From Porphyridium purpureum (Eukaryota), in assembly GCA_008690995.1 (NCBI GenBank), contig VRMN01000008.1, forward strand, positions 310,001 through 374,000: a stretch of DNA of 64,000 nt. Reading direction: 5' to 3'. Both the position numbers and the translations under genes were made by a program. The stretch's first letter is position 1. Each line of letters starts with the position of its first letter. The notes beneath the pieces are model-generated. The model had not been told where the DNA came from. It saw only the letters and a list, made by a program, of their open reading frames with translations, and did not search any database. Positions 51,601-61,900 of the stretch are shown piece by piece.

Positions 51601-54600
51601 AAGTCGCACGTCGAGCGCGGCCTTCCACCGAAGCGGGAGCAACTCGTGCGATGTACTCTTTCTAAACGTCAGCGCCTGCTGTATGAGGATTTTGTTTCAC
51701 GCGCGGACACCAAGGCTGCGCTCGCTAGTGGTAACGCCATGAGCGTGATGAACGTGTTGCTGCAGCTGCGCAAGGTGTGCAACCATCCTGACCTCTTCGA
51801 ACCGCGGCCCATTGTTAGTCCGTTTGTTCAGCGTGCGCTTTTTTATCCGATCCCCCGTCAGGCTGTGCTGGCTCTGGCCCAAAAGGACGAGTCGTATCGT
51901 GCTCTTCCTCTGTTCTTGCCAAACTACGGATTCGACCTCGCTGCGAAAGAGGCCAGTGAGCACGTTCTTTTTCGCGCTGATTCAGCGGAGCTGCGCGAAA
52001 TCAGCGCAAGCTGCGCGTCTGCAGCGGACGCGATGGAAGCCGAGGCGAAGCAGTTGTCGAAATCAGTGAATGGTAAGAGTACTTTTACAAGCTTGCTCCC
52101 TTCCGTCTCTTCTTCCGCGGCGCCAGTAGATGCATCGAGTGAGCAGGAGGACGAAGTAAGAGCTGCTGTTTTGAGCGGCCCGCAGCTCCTTGAGCACGCT
52201 CAGGATGTGGCGACGGGCTTTTCTGCGGCGATACTGCATAATCTTGCATTACTGACACGGTTGCGCGGCTCTCCGCATGCGAGCGGTGCGATATACGGTC
52301 AGCATTTGATCGAGGCCGTGTCCATCCCTCTCAAGGTATCTTCTGTATATGACAGTGATATCCATGGGGATCAGAGCGACTCCGTGTGGGACGTGATGCT
52401 GCCGCGGATGGAAGTGCGCGCCGAGCAGGCTAGAATTGTATCGGAAAAATTTGGCACTTGTGTGACTCTTGTGCGCGCCCCGATCGTGGAGTGCCGAATG
52501 ATGCGTGATTACGACTCGGCCGTGACGGTCTCGCACGCGCGAACGAATCAAGTCCAGGCGTTGAGGAATGCGCTTGACCCTTACGTTTCACTTTTTAGAG
52601 CGCAGCAGGTGCGCTCTGAGATGGCGTTGCCGGATGCGAGACTCATTCAGTGGGACTGCGGGAAGCTTCAAGCTTTGGCAGAGCTTCTGCGAAACCTTCA
52701 CGCCGGCGGACACCGCTGCTTGATCTTTTCGCAGATGACGCGCGTGCTCGATGTTCTCGAAACCTTTCTGAATCTTTACGGTTGGCGCTATCTTCGTCTT
52801 GACGGCGCGACACGCACCGACAATCGCCAGCGCCTTGTGGAGCGCTTTAACACGGACGCCAAGTTGTTTTGCATGATTTTGTCGACGCGGTCCGGCGGTG
52901 TTGGTCTAAATTTGACGGGCGCTGACTCGGTAATATTTTATGACTCCGATTGGAACCCGGCCATTGATGCACAGGCACAAGACCGCGCGCACCGTATTGG
53001 GCAGACGCGACCTGTTACCGTGTACCGCCTCGTGACAGATCGAACGGTTGAATGGAACATCATGCACAAGGCGCAGCAGAAACGAAATTTGGAGAGTCTT
53101 GTGATCTCGGACGCTGGCTTTACAACAGATAATTACGCTAGCGCAGCGCTTGAGTTTCAATCCCGTGGTACAATTGCCAGTCTTTCAAGGAATGATTCGG
53201 AGTTCCGTGGACTGCCAGACTTTGATTCGACTGGTAGCGGTGACAACGTGCTCGCGCGTCTCGCCCGAATGGACGTAGACGCAGATCTTGACGCTGGACA
53301 GGAGGAGTTGGCGCGCCAAATGCGAGAAAACGCGCTTCGAGAGAAAGAACAATTCAAGGACGATTTCGAAGGCGAGGACAGGCCAGCTGGCAACGCGCCA
53401 GGATCCACTCACCGTGACGCCGGAAAAAGCATTTCTGGAGACAAGCAGGCGAAAGTCGGCCAGCACCGTGAACCTGAGCAAGAGCCAGAGGATGCGGTTC
53501 GTATCACCGGATTGCTCAACGCGATCCAGAAGTATGCCATTCGGTACGTCGAGACGTTTGGGCTAGACGTGGACTCGTACCGCAGTATGAGTCGCAAGGG
53601 TACCCTGAAGCGCGTGCGCGACGGCGGAGGTCCAATCGCTGGCGAAAGTGCCTTGACCGGAGAAATGGAAGAAGCAGAAAGATCGGAGGCATCCGATGAC
53701 GAAGATGAAGTTCGAAGTGGGCAGCACGGCGCAAAGTCACTAGCAAAGGGGGAAGCGCGTCACAAAAGGCGCAAACACAGAAGTGGCGACCAATTGAATG
53801 GAAGTGAAAATAACCATGCGGTAGCCTCAGAATGGAAGGGAAACGATGACTTGGTATATGAAATTGATGTATCTGATCGCGCAACAAGGACAGACTATTT
53901 AAAAGCGCGGACGGACCCCGTCGTACGAAAAGGAGGAAAGGATGAATCGGCAGGAGCGCACAGTGTTCATGGTACGCATCAGCTTAACCTTTTCTTGCCG
54001 CTGCGAGACGGAGGTCCGGAAGAAATGGTTGGGTTCACATTGAGCTGTCCCAGCCCAGCAGCGGTTGGATCTTATGGAGTTTCAAGCGGAAGTCATTACT
54101 TTGTGTACTGTCACCACGGCTTAGGATATGGTCGATATGGCACGGTCAGTGCAGAAGACGCGGCGTTCTTTCGACACGCGTACGCCCGGCTCAGCCGAAT
54201 GCCCCACTTGGCCACAAGCGTACAACGTGAGACAGCCGCAAGGCGAATGGTGGCGCTTGCCAAGCGGGATGCCAAAGTGGGAGCCGCATCTTCACACAAT
54301 GTGGCTCCGATTCAGGGTAACCCCGCCCAAGAAGGAGCCCCGCGGCGGGAGCTGGTGCCCTCGACCCAGGGGCATGTTCACGGTACATCCGGGGTATCTG
54401 GAGCTTCTGGAGCATCAACGTCGTCAAGTCTGAAGTCGGCGAACAGCAATGGAGCCATGTTAGGAATATCGTCGGTGAAGGGTCTCAAAGGCCCTGCTGG
54501 AAGTAGTATCCTCAAATCCTCTCGGGCTTCCGCCCCGTGGACAGAGCAGGAGGACCGCGCATTAGTGTATCGCGTGCTTCTTGCCAATCCACCTCTTAGC

Positions 54601-56250
54601 ATGCCCGTGGCGGCACACATGATTGGCTTGTGGAACGGAGACCGTGTCAGGGGCACCTTCAACTGTGTGACGACACCGAATAGTGGCATCGTCAGTGGCG
54701 TTCGTGCTGCTGCAGGGCGTGGCGGTACGGGAACAAGGACTGCAGCGGAATGTGAGGAGCGACTGCGTGTGCTGCATCAGCATCTTATGGATCGCCGCGA
54801 GTGGGCTCCCGATGCCGTCATTGCTGCGCTTCACCGCAACACCGGTCAGACTGCAACAAGTAGTGGGATCGCGAGCAAGGAGCAGCTTCACCAACGTGAT
54901 GAACTGATTCCGGCGATCTTTGCGAGACTGCTCCCATCTACTATGCCTAAACATATGATCCCAGCTTCGATGCTGCTCCTAGACACTGGGGGCGAACAGC
55001 ATCAGAAGGCGCCCCTTGTAGCGCATGACTCGCATGCAGACGCCAAGGCAGCAATGGAAGCAAATAGCGCAATTGTCAAGGTGGCCGACCCAACGGACTC
55101 GAAGGTGAGTGTGGCCGTCGTGAGCCGACACGCGGCGGCGCAGTTTCAAGCGCAGAACGAAAATGCGAGTTCGCCTATGCACTTGCATCGACCGGGGTTC
55201 AAAGTGGACGAATGCGCGTCTCGACGCCGTGTCCTCAGCAAGAGCGGGAGCTACCCGGAACATCGGCTCAAAGCACTCAAGGCGAGTATTGCATCCGCTG
55301 CATACGTCGCGAGCCAGGCGGCTGCAGCCACAGGCTTTGGCGGCGTATACGCCGCGCACTTTGCGCAAGAGCACCGTGGCATGCGCCCTGGTATTGTCGG
55401 TGCCGCTGCGGCTGGCGGACCGCTGCAGCCACCCAAGGCGCTTGACGCGACAGTTGGTGGAATGACTCAGAGGACCAGTTCAGAAGTGGCTGCGAGGGCA
55501 GGCGTGGGTGCATCACCAGGGACGTCTGCTCCGTTGAAGCGTCCAGGGATCATGGGAAGCAGTGGCAGCGGCAGTGGCCAGCTGGTCCCGTCGGTGCGCG
55601 CTTCGGTACTTCCTGGCGCTACTGGTGGCGCTAATGCTGCGGCGGCCATGAAAGTTCCACCGCTGAATGGAACGGCGAAAGGCGCGAAAACCGTGAAGGC
55701 TGGAGCAGCAGGTAGCAGCGTGTCGAAAAAGCGGGCAATTTCTGACATCAGTAAGGCAGGAGCCGCAGGGGGTGGAAACAGCACAGTTCCAAGTACCCTG
55801 GCAAGTGGAGGTGTTGGTGGGAAGGGCAATAGTGGAAAAATGCAAGGAAAGAGTGCAGGACAGGCCGCAGAGCTGCCTTCGGCAGCCAAGATGCATCTTC
55901 AGTCGCAGACGAACAACAACCTTCAGGCCACGTCGCACGCCGCGGGAACCAAGAATGCTGCTTCGTCTTCGGCTGGTTCTGCGCCGTCACCCGTCGGACA
56001 GCCTCTTGTAAGTGGCAGCCACCCCTCTGCTGCTTCGGCCACAGGTGGAGGATCTGCGACGGGTGTAGGCAAGGGTGGTTCCGCTCCTGCCGCCGGAGCT
56101 TCGCTTGCGAGTGAAAGCGCGAACGCGATTACGAGCCCGAATGCTATGGCGTCCTTGCCTGGTTCCACCAAGGCGGCTACTGTACAAAAGCCCACAGGGC
56201 CGAATGGGCGCGTCGTGAAGAAGACCGAGGCGAATGACACAACTAAGTGA
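48688..56250 (+). CDS. SWR1: SWR1/SRCAP/PIE1 H2A.Z-exchange chromatin remodelling ATPase
   Basis: HSA (KTHWDYVLDEMSW), NGILADEMGLGKT, LDEAQNIKN, LRKVCNHPDLFE, long insertion, DCGKLQ, QDRAHRIGQTR, SANT-like PWTEQED. Confidence 0.95.
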   Translation: MDEHTDQQNTGASARHSDSADRRTFEPLPLPQHASGADAAQADHQVQTDASKAELELQEAGRHFGDDDQNNNSASLHGAALAERVVVKLAEVSVQASGELERSEFVLKQLGMRRMARLAARRAEQRMLAYHAAASARAADNEVEEDALKARAIMPGEKSVQRIPDVSLSSVRLLADANDTNLTLEQRLIMVKASEINKRNAALARERLPPQPVPPRAKTHWDYVLDEMSWMSTDYREEFKWRNSARRRVNKAVAKYFDEEDERRAREIRELHVQRRRTAAGVARHVRKFWAQVQELVRFKAALEQEQVQKRVREQELDALLDQTVAFSSKIADNLNPLKHEPLRQAAKRSQTSRGGGDVCEDQSSSNSNNSSNSSSSTSAMNVSDDYEAPVDEDAMMDDEATMQEAEQYDIEQEEQGNGVAGDVSRRRKEETAQLEHEAEMTVEELLRVQGIDPDTYLQHSKDKGGLRTAKSDASVPRSVQRAERAIAPLSQDITQTKRSGRTVRRTEAVAALGVAGGSSDRSGAGEKVGSESKSGSESVAKNGVDLAGVGEDPEYTASEDGAMTDDEQTMQVEEETAAMHAQQEDKDLNIERENELEHLARESEVPLEQLLKEYLMHGEPDSSDDERAASSDGRSGGEREATGTDQDDESGPEIGESTSMLIAHRELGKNGKKKTEECAPPNEEGTDMPDSKKDQFGNSSTADIGEQLRQIAEEREIGVTRLPSELLRGSLRSYQHVGLDWLVALYNNHLNGILADEMGLGKTIMTIALLCWLAVEQHHWGPHLIVVPTSVMLNWEVELKKFAPGLKVLTYFGSMRERKLKRQGWSKHNAFHVCITSYQLAVNDAAIFRRKKWTYLVLDEAQNIKNFASLRWQTLMTFKTRRRLLLTGTPLQNSVMELWSLMHFLMPDIFNSHSEFKAWFSSPLNENIDVESADDCDGAAAAAAAERKQKVALVVKRLHGVLRPFMLRRLKSHVERGLPPKREQLVRCTLSKRQRLLYEDFVSRADTKAALASGNAMSVMNVLLQLRKVCNHPDLFEPRPIVSPFVQRALFYPIPRQAVLALAQKDESYRALPLFLPNYGFDLAAKEASEHVLFRADSAELREISASCASAADAMEAEAKQLSKSVNGKSTFTSLLPSVSSSAAPVDASSEQEDEVRAAVLSGPQLLEHAQDVATGFSAAILHNLALLTRLRGSPHASGAIYGQHLIEAVSIPLKVSSVYDSDIHGDQSDSVWDVMLPRMEVRAEQARIVSEKFGTCVTLVRAPIVECRMMRDYDSAVTVSHARTNQVQALRNALDPYVSLFRAQQVRSEMALPDARLIQWDCGKLQALAELLRNLHAGGHRCLIFSQMTRVLDVLETFLNLYGWRYLRLDGATRTDNRQRLVERFNTDAKLFCMILSTRSGGVGLNLTGADSVIFYDSDWNPAIDAQAQDRAHRIGQTRPVTVYRLVTDRTVEWNIMHKAQQKRNLESLVISDAGFTTDNYASAALEFQSRGTIASLSRNDSEFRGLPDFDSTGSGDNVLARLARMDVDADLDAGQEELARQMRENALREKEQFKDDFEGEDRPAGNAPGSTHRDAGKSISGDKQAKVGQHREPEQEPEDAVRITGLLNAIQKYAIRYVETFGLDVDSYRSMSRKGTLKRVRDGGGPIAGESALTGEMEEAERSEASDDEDEVRSGQHGAKSLAKGEARHKRRKHRSGDQLNGSENNHAVASEWKGNDDLVYEIDVSDRATRTDYLKARTDPVVRKGGKDESAGAHSVHGTHQLNLFLPLRDGGPEEMVGFTLSCPSPAAVGSYGVSSGSHYFVYCHHGLGYGRYGTVSAEDAAFFRHAYARLSRMPHLATSVQRETAARRMVALAKRDAKVGAASSHNVAPIQGNPAQEGAPRRELVPSTQGHVHGTSGVSGASGASTSSSLKSANSNGAMLGISSVKGLKGPAGSSILKSSRASAPWTEQEDRALVYRVLLANPPLSMPVAAHMIGLWNGDRVRGTFNCVTTPNSGIVSGVRAAAGRGGTGTRTAAECEERLRVLHQHLMDRREWAPDAVIAALHRNTGQTATSSGIASKEQLHQRDELIPAIFARLLPSTMPKHMIPASMLLLDTGGEQHQKAPLVAHDSHADAKAAMEANSAIVKVADPTDSKVSVAVVSRHAAAQFQAQNENASSPMHLHRPGFKVDECASRRRVLSKSGSYPEHRLKALKASIASAAYVASQAAAATGFGGVYAAHFAQEHRGMRPGIVGAAAAGGPLQPPKALDATVGGMTQRTSSEVAARAGVGASPGTSAPLKRPGIMGSSGSGSGQLVPSVRASVLPGATGGANAAAAMKVPPLNGTAKGAKTVKAGAAGSSVSKKRAISDISKAGAAGGGNSTVPSTLASGGVGGKGNSGKMQGKSAGQAAELPSAAKMHLQSQTNNNLQATSHAAGTKNAASSSAGSAPSPVGQPLVSGSHPSAASATGGGSATGVGKGGSAPAAGASLASESANAITSPNAMASLPGSTKAATVQKPTGPNGRVVKKTEANDTTK

Positions 56251-56339
56251 GCATTAGGTTTAATTCTTCGTTGTGTAATACAGGTTCTGATGACTAATAC
56301 CATTTTTCTGGATTCTGCGCGTGCGCGTCTGTCCCATCC

Positions 56340-56506
56340 CTAAAATCCCCCAACGCCATCGCGAAATCCAAAAGGACTCACAAGACAAGAAAGAAATGGC
56401 GAGAAAACGGAAGTTCTTGGTCTTCAGGTCGTAACCTCTCCGTTTCCCACTCCTCGGTGGGGTCACGAACATAAATGGCGTCATCGCCTTCGCCATCGTC
56501 TGAAAA
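56340..56506 (-). ncRNA. Candidate omega-RNA scaffold remnant downstream of Fanzor stop
   Basis: Position expected for TnpB/Fanzor guide RNA; several nested stems visible; boundaries unknown. Confidence 0.35.
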
Positions 56507-57972
56507 TTACGAAGAGCAAGCACCAAACATGTAAATCGGAGTGCCCGGCGCCCCGGAGTTCCAGAGGAAAATACTGCAGCCGCCCTTGACATCACGGTTC
56601 AAGACTGCACCTCAAGGAGCAGAGCCACAATTGCAAAATTCGGCACGTCCCACTTGTGCCCTCATTGTATGGAAAGCAAGATGCAGGCCTTGGACGTGCG
56701 CATCATAGTGACGATTGCGGCTCCGACGTCGAGATGCCTACTCCTGGAGATGAGGTCTTGCTTGAAGCGTGAGTTCGCCGAGGTGATTTTCTTTCCAATG
56801 GCTTTGAAACGGGTCTTCCTTTTCTTCCACTTGGCCATCTGGGAGGCCTCAAACGAGAGTGAGAGTATAAGGTCTTGGTAATTGACCAGTAGATTGGCCA
56901 GCTGTACGTGAACTCCGTTGAGAAGATTACCAATCCTAATCCTGGCGCTGGCTTGGGTTGGATCTCTGGCAATCTCAATGGCGTTAGAAGGACTGCAGCG
57001 CCTCATCAACTTCCGACGGGCTGACCGCCACCATCCACGGAGCTGTTCGCAAGATCGGCTGGTCGAAGCACCTGCAGCATCTAATTTTCTTCATGATTTC
57101 ACTATCTCCCACCTGGAGGCTTCCCACGTTGCCGACGTCCTAGACTACCTTCAATGTCCTGTTTCCCCGGTCCAACAAGTCCGTGCTGATGTCCGGGTAT
57201 TCGTGGCCTATTTCAGCCCCTCGGTCTTCCCCAATCCTCGAGGAGGGACTATGGGCATGACCATCTTTAAGCATCTCACGGGACTGCGGACCTACTTGGG
57301 TCTCTTAGACAAAGTATTCCCCAAATCGGTTTCACCGGAGACTGCCCGCTATTCAGATGGACTCGTCATGGCCGTAGCTCTTTTCTCCCCTCTGTTTCAT
57401 GGGCTGGTCATGTGCCTGGAGCTTCATGTGGATCTCGTGCATCCGATGCAATCTGTCCGTTCATTCATTGCACAGTTTATGGAAGACATAATGTCACTTG
57501 GAATTCCATTCACTCCTTAGGTTGACACGACGTGTTCAAATTCCACGATGCTCTCTGATTCCAAAGAAGAATCCTGAAGTTGCCTTTCGCGGGTTCCATT
57601 GGCATTGCAAGTCTAATACCCATTCAATGCTCCCAAAATCTTTCGTGGCCGTGTTTCTTACGCCGCAGGACTCGCCCCTCAGCTTCAGATTCGCCTCGCC
57701 GGCCCGAACTTTTTCATTGAGGATTCTTGAAGTCGAGTATTTGGTCCAGCAAACAGTCTCTCCTTCGGCATGTTCGACCCATTATTTCTTCCTTTCCTGC
57801 GCATTGCTACAGTTGTCAACGCGGTGGTTATATGTTCACCTCAGACGCTCATCGCCTTTCTCAACGCCTCGCCCTAGCTTGCGCTTCAGGGATGGAGCTT
57901 CAGCACGGTGGCAATGATCGTGTTGCCTAGGTCCTTGGTCGTCTCCTTCGTCCGTGCCCTGGTCCGGCGCGT
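56507..57972 (-). pseudogene. tnpB: Fanzor2/IS607-type TnpB RNA-guided endonuclease pseudogene
   Basis: VLKLHP (about 57900), R*TYN (57841-57827), RuvC-I LLDRGNRT..*D (D at 57172), RIGNLLNGVHVQLANLLVNYQDLIL..FEASQM..SRFKQDL..RTSKAC, Zn-finger remnant FCNCG, RuvC-III NRDVKGG.SIFL (D at 56593). Confidence 0.85.
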
Positions 57973-58620
57973 TTACTGGCGTCTTCTTGTGGGGTGGGAA
58001 ACCATCCTCAGTCCATTATTTTTTGGCCTTGAAATACTGCAAATGGTCATTAAACCGGCATCCAGATCCTGCGTCTTTGTTCCCGTCCCCGACCCCGGAT
58101 TCCGAATCGACAATATCCGATACAATGGAGAGCAAGGTCTCGCACCTGGCTAGTGCCCGTTTCACCATATCGACTCCAAACCTGGCGAGCATGCGTATAA
58201 AAAGTTACCGACAAAGTCTGCCCCGAGAGCGTCGAGAGACGTGAAGAGACGTCCGTATCTTAAGCTCCGGCCAGAGCCGCGGTCTTGGATGATCCTCTCG
58301 TGGTCAGCACAAGCATGTTGGACGAACTTGACATGCCGTTCGAGATGGCCTGCCTTCTTGTGCTGGAAGAAAGAAATTAAGACGCACAGGATGGCCAGCC
58401 TGCTCCTCGGGCTCTCCGACCTGTCATCGGCCAAGATTAGAGAGAGGTCAAATGCGAACCTTCAGTTCGAGTCGGTGTCCTTATATTCGGCCGCCACAGT
58501 GCTGCCGATCCTGACGCTCCTGACGCTCCTGACGCTCCTGACGCTCCTGACGCTCCTGACGCTCCTCATCTTGCAATCTTTCGCGCAGAGCAACATAATG
58601 TTCCTGAACACCCAACCCTT
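57973..58620 (-). pseudogene. tnpA: IS607 TnpA serine recombinase (resolvase-type transposase) pseudogene
   Basis: IRTP (HTH wing), LIS..QHKKAGHLERHV..DHERIIQDRGSG, RMLARFGVD (58195-58169), QDL..LMTIC..NNGLR (58020-58006). Confidence 0.8.
58511..58564. repeat. Perfect tandem repeat (CTGACGCTC)x6
   Basis: Direct reading. Confidence 0.95.
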
Positions 58621-58972
58621 CTGCACGATTGCAGCAGAGGCACCGTATTGGCTTTGTCGGGCGCTTGCCTTCGTGCTCGGTAGCCTGGTCTCGAAAAAAT
58701 TCCTGCGCTCCTCTCCCCAGCTTTCTTCCGGTGACTTGGCTCTCATTCGTTCTAGCGACGTTCCTGCCAGACCACCAGGTTGAGACGCGTTTCTCGGTCT
58801 GCCCAATGGCCCTTCGCATTCCATGCGTCATGTTGCACGCGTTCCATCAGCGGTCCAAGAGAGTCACCAAGACGACACTCGAAAATTTCCTTGGCGGACG
58901 CCGAGCATGTCCTTTCAGCAGGTGACTGTTGGATATTCTCGCAAGCTCCTGGGATAGAAGAGCGACGCATGA

Positions 58973-61900
58973 ATGATGCGGGCGCATGCGCGGCAGCTGC
59001 GGGAGAAAGCTGCGCAACCTCCGAATGAAGAAGATGCGGATGTTCCCGCGCCATTGACTGGCGAAGCTGGCGCCTTAGTGGCGGGGCGTTTGCCAGGGCG
59101 TATGGGAGACCGCGCTCATGTTGGGCTCGCACCGAGGCGGCCGCAACGGAGTCCCAAAATCGTGGCGAACGACGGAAAGCAGAAATCTGGCGCTGGTGCC
59201 GATGGCGGGAGACATGCTTCTCTTGCGCATCGCAAGGCGCATAGCGGAGCAACACACCCAGGCAGAAACCAACCGCGCGATGTGTTGGATGCATCAGTTG
59301 CGGATATGCTGGACCATGAGGTGGCTCTTGCAGAGACATACGTTCCGCGGACTGAAGCGGCCCAACAAGCGTACGAGCACTTGCTGGCCTTTGTGCAGAA
59401 GAAGCTCGGTGACTACCCGATCGACGTGCTTTCTTCGGCTGCATGCGAGGTCATTGCCGCCCTGCGAGCCCATTCTGGCAAAGCTTTCCCTCCTGGGGAT
59501 ACAAACGATGGTCAAGCTCTCCGGGAAGGAAGCCAGACTATTGGTAAGGACAAAGTCAGCGCGATTCTTGGGGCGCTGTCGGATGCCGATGTGGCTATGC
59601 TCGGGATGTTTGCTGGTGCCATGGATGACTTCGAGGAACAGCGTGATGGACGCAACCAAGACGAAGAGCCGGAAGAGCTCGAGATGACACTCAATTTAGA
59701 TGGAGCAGAGGATGCTGAGGGTGAGCGGGACGATGAATCGTTGTCCGGTGCGGAGCAGGATGTTTCCGAGGAGGATGTGGTTGAGGCAGGCGAGAGTGAA
59801 TTCGTGCATGAGAAAGGTGTGAGCGATGACGACGCAAGCATCAACAGCGCAATGACGTACTCTGACCATTCTTCACCATCAGGGTCGGTCATCCGCGGGC
59901 CCCCTGACTTGGATGATGGGGTGCCGCCAGAAGTAAGCGGAGCTGGGCCCGAATGCGGCAACTTACTCGACTTGCTAACAGATTTCTTTCCCGTTGTTTC
60001 GACTCGACAGGCGATCGGTGCGCGACTATATGAGGAGCTACGGTGTGCGGAGGACGTGTTCGAAGATGACCAGGGCTCTCGCAAGCTATATTCACAGTTG
60101 GAGGCTATTGTAGGGGATGGCAAGGCCACACTGGTCGAACTTTTAATTAGGTATCGCTCACACTTTGTGAAAGAGCACGAGCGGAATTTGATTTCAAATG
60201 GAGCTATGGCACAAGAGCCCGCGTCAGCGGATGGATTTGCCGCGGTAATGTGTGAGAACGGCAACATGGAGTTCCAGGAAAAAGGGAAACGCAAGTGCAA
60301 ACGATTACGCGACCCACTGGCCGGAGAGAACTCTGAAAAGAGCGGGAGTGGCGATGAAGTGGGCAGTCACCATTCTGTGAGGCAGAATGCAGATGCTTCT
60401 ATCTCATTGCTTGGGGAGGAGAAGACGAAGAAGAAACGAAGAAAAAAAGATCTTGACGCCATGGCACGGAAGAATTTTCCTGGACAGTCTCATGCGGATC
60501 GAGGCTTGAATATCGTTGACATTGATGGTTTATTTTTTGATAGAGGCAGTCATTTCGTTTCCTCAACAAGTGTCGAATTGCCGAAGGGCACATTTCGTGT
60601 GAAAAAGAAGGACTGTGAGGAAGTTCACGTACCTGCCATACCCAGTCGAAAGATGGGAGGAGCGCCCAAGCTCGTTTCGGTCGAAGATATGTCACCGCTC
60701 GCGCGGGAGGCGTTCACAGGTACCACGCACCTGAACAGGGTACAGTCGGAGGTCTACCCGTGCGCGTTTGAGTCGGATGAGAACATGCTTGTGTGTGCGC
60801 CCACAGGTGCGGGCAAGACAAATGTGGCCATGATGTGCATTCTGCGCCTCGTTGTAAGAGAACCACTAGAGAATTTACGCGTCGTGTACATTGCGCCGAT
60901 GAAGGCGCTTGTGTCTGAGGTGGTAGGGAACTTGAGCCGACGATTAGCGTACCTGGGTATTTCCGTGGCGGAACTCACTGGCGACGCCTCACTGAGCCGT
61001 CGTCAGATGGACTCAACACATGTTGTGGTTTCGACGCCTGAAAAGTGGGATATTCTCACTCGCAAGACGGCGCAGGGCGTGAGAAGCTTAGCGTACAACG
61101 TTCGACTGATGATTATTGACGAAATCCACCTCCTGCATGATGAGCGCGGGCCTGTGCTGGAGTCTATCGTAGCACGCGTGCGTCGTTGTGTCACCCAGGG
61201 CAGCATGAATACCCGTGTGGTCGGCCTGTCTGCCACGCTTCCAAACGTGGAAGATGTCGGAGCGTTTCTGGGCTGCAGCCAAGAAAGCTCGAGTCGTCAG
61301 AAGAGCGTTTTTCATTTTGATGCTTCGTTCCGTCCATGCCCGCTCCAGTCCGTGTACGTGGGAGTCCAGAAGGGGAGCGGTTGGAAACGTTTACAGAGTA
61401 TGAACGAAATCGCCTATGAGCATGTTCGTGCGCAGCTGGAAGCATCTGCATCTGCCCAGGTTATTGTGTTTGTGCACTCTCGCAAGGAAACGGCGACGAC
61501 GGCCAAGTACTTTCGCGAAAGCGCGCGTGAGCAAGGTGTGCTGGATCGCTTGTTCATGGTACCGAATTCGGCGTCCCAGAATATTGTCCATTCGGAGCTT
61601 GGAACGGTGCGTAATGCTGTACTGAGAGACGTGATGGGATCTAGCGGGATCGGTATACACCACGCCGGCCTTGCGGCGGCGGACCGTGCGCTCACCGAGG
61701 ACCTTTTTGCAGATGGTCACCTGCGTGTGCTGGTGTCAACCGCCACACTTGCATGGGGTGTGAATCTACCGGCTCACGCAATTGTGATTAAGGGTACAAA
61801 GGTGTATTCACCGGAAAAGGGCACCTGGGTCGAACTGTCACCTATCGACGTGATGCAGATGATGGGCCGGGCCGGGCGTCCACAATTTGACTCGTTTGGT

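Larger units (their letters stand above)
56300..58640 (-). mobile_element. Degenerate IS607-family element (tnpA serine recombinase + Fanzor2/TnpB); ends approximate
   Basis: Collinear TnpA and TnpB motifs on the minus strand across frameshifts and stops; see component features. Confidence 0.8.

Noticed and set aside
58511..58564. Tandem repeat as a CRISPR array
   Set aside because: 9-bp units with no spacers
56918..58783. Plus-strand ORFs of 139-200 aa between SWR1 and BRR2
   Set aside because: Antisense shadows of the decayed tnpA/Fanzor genes on the minus strand
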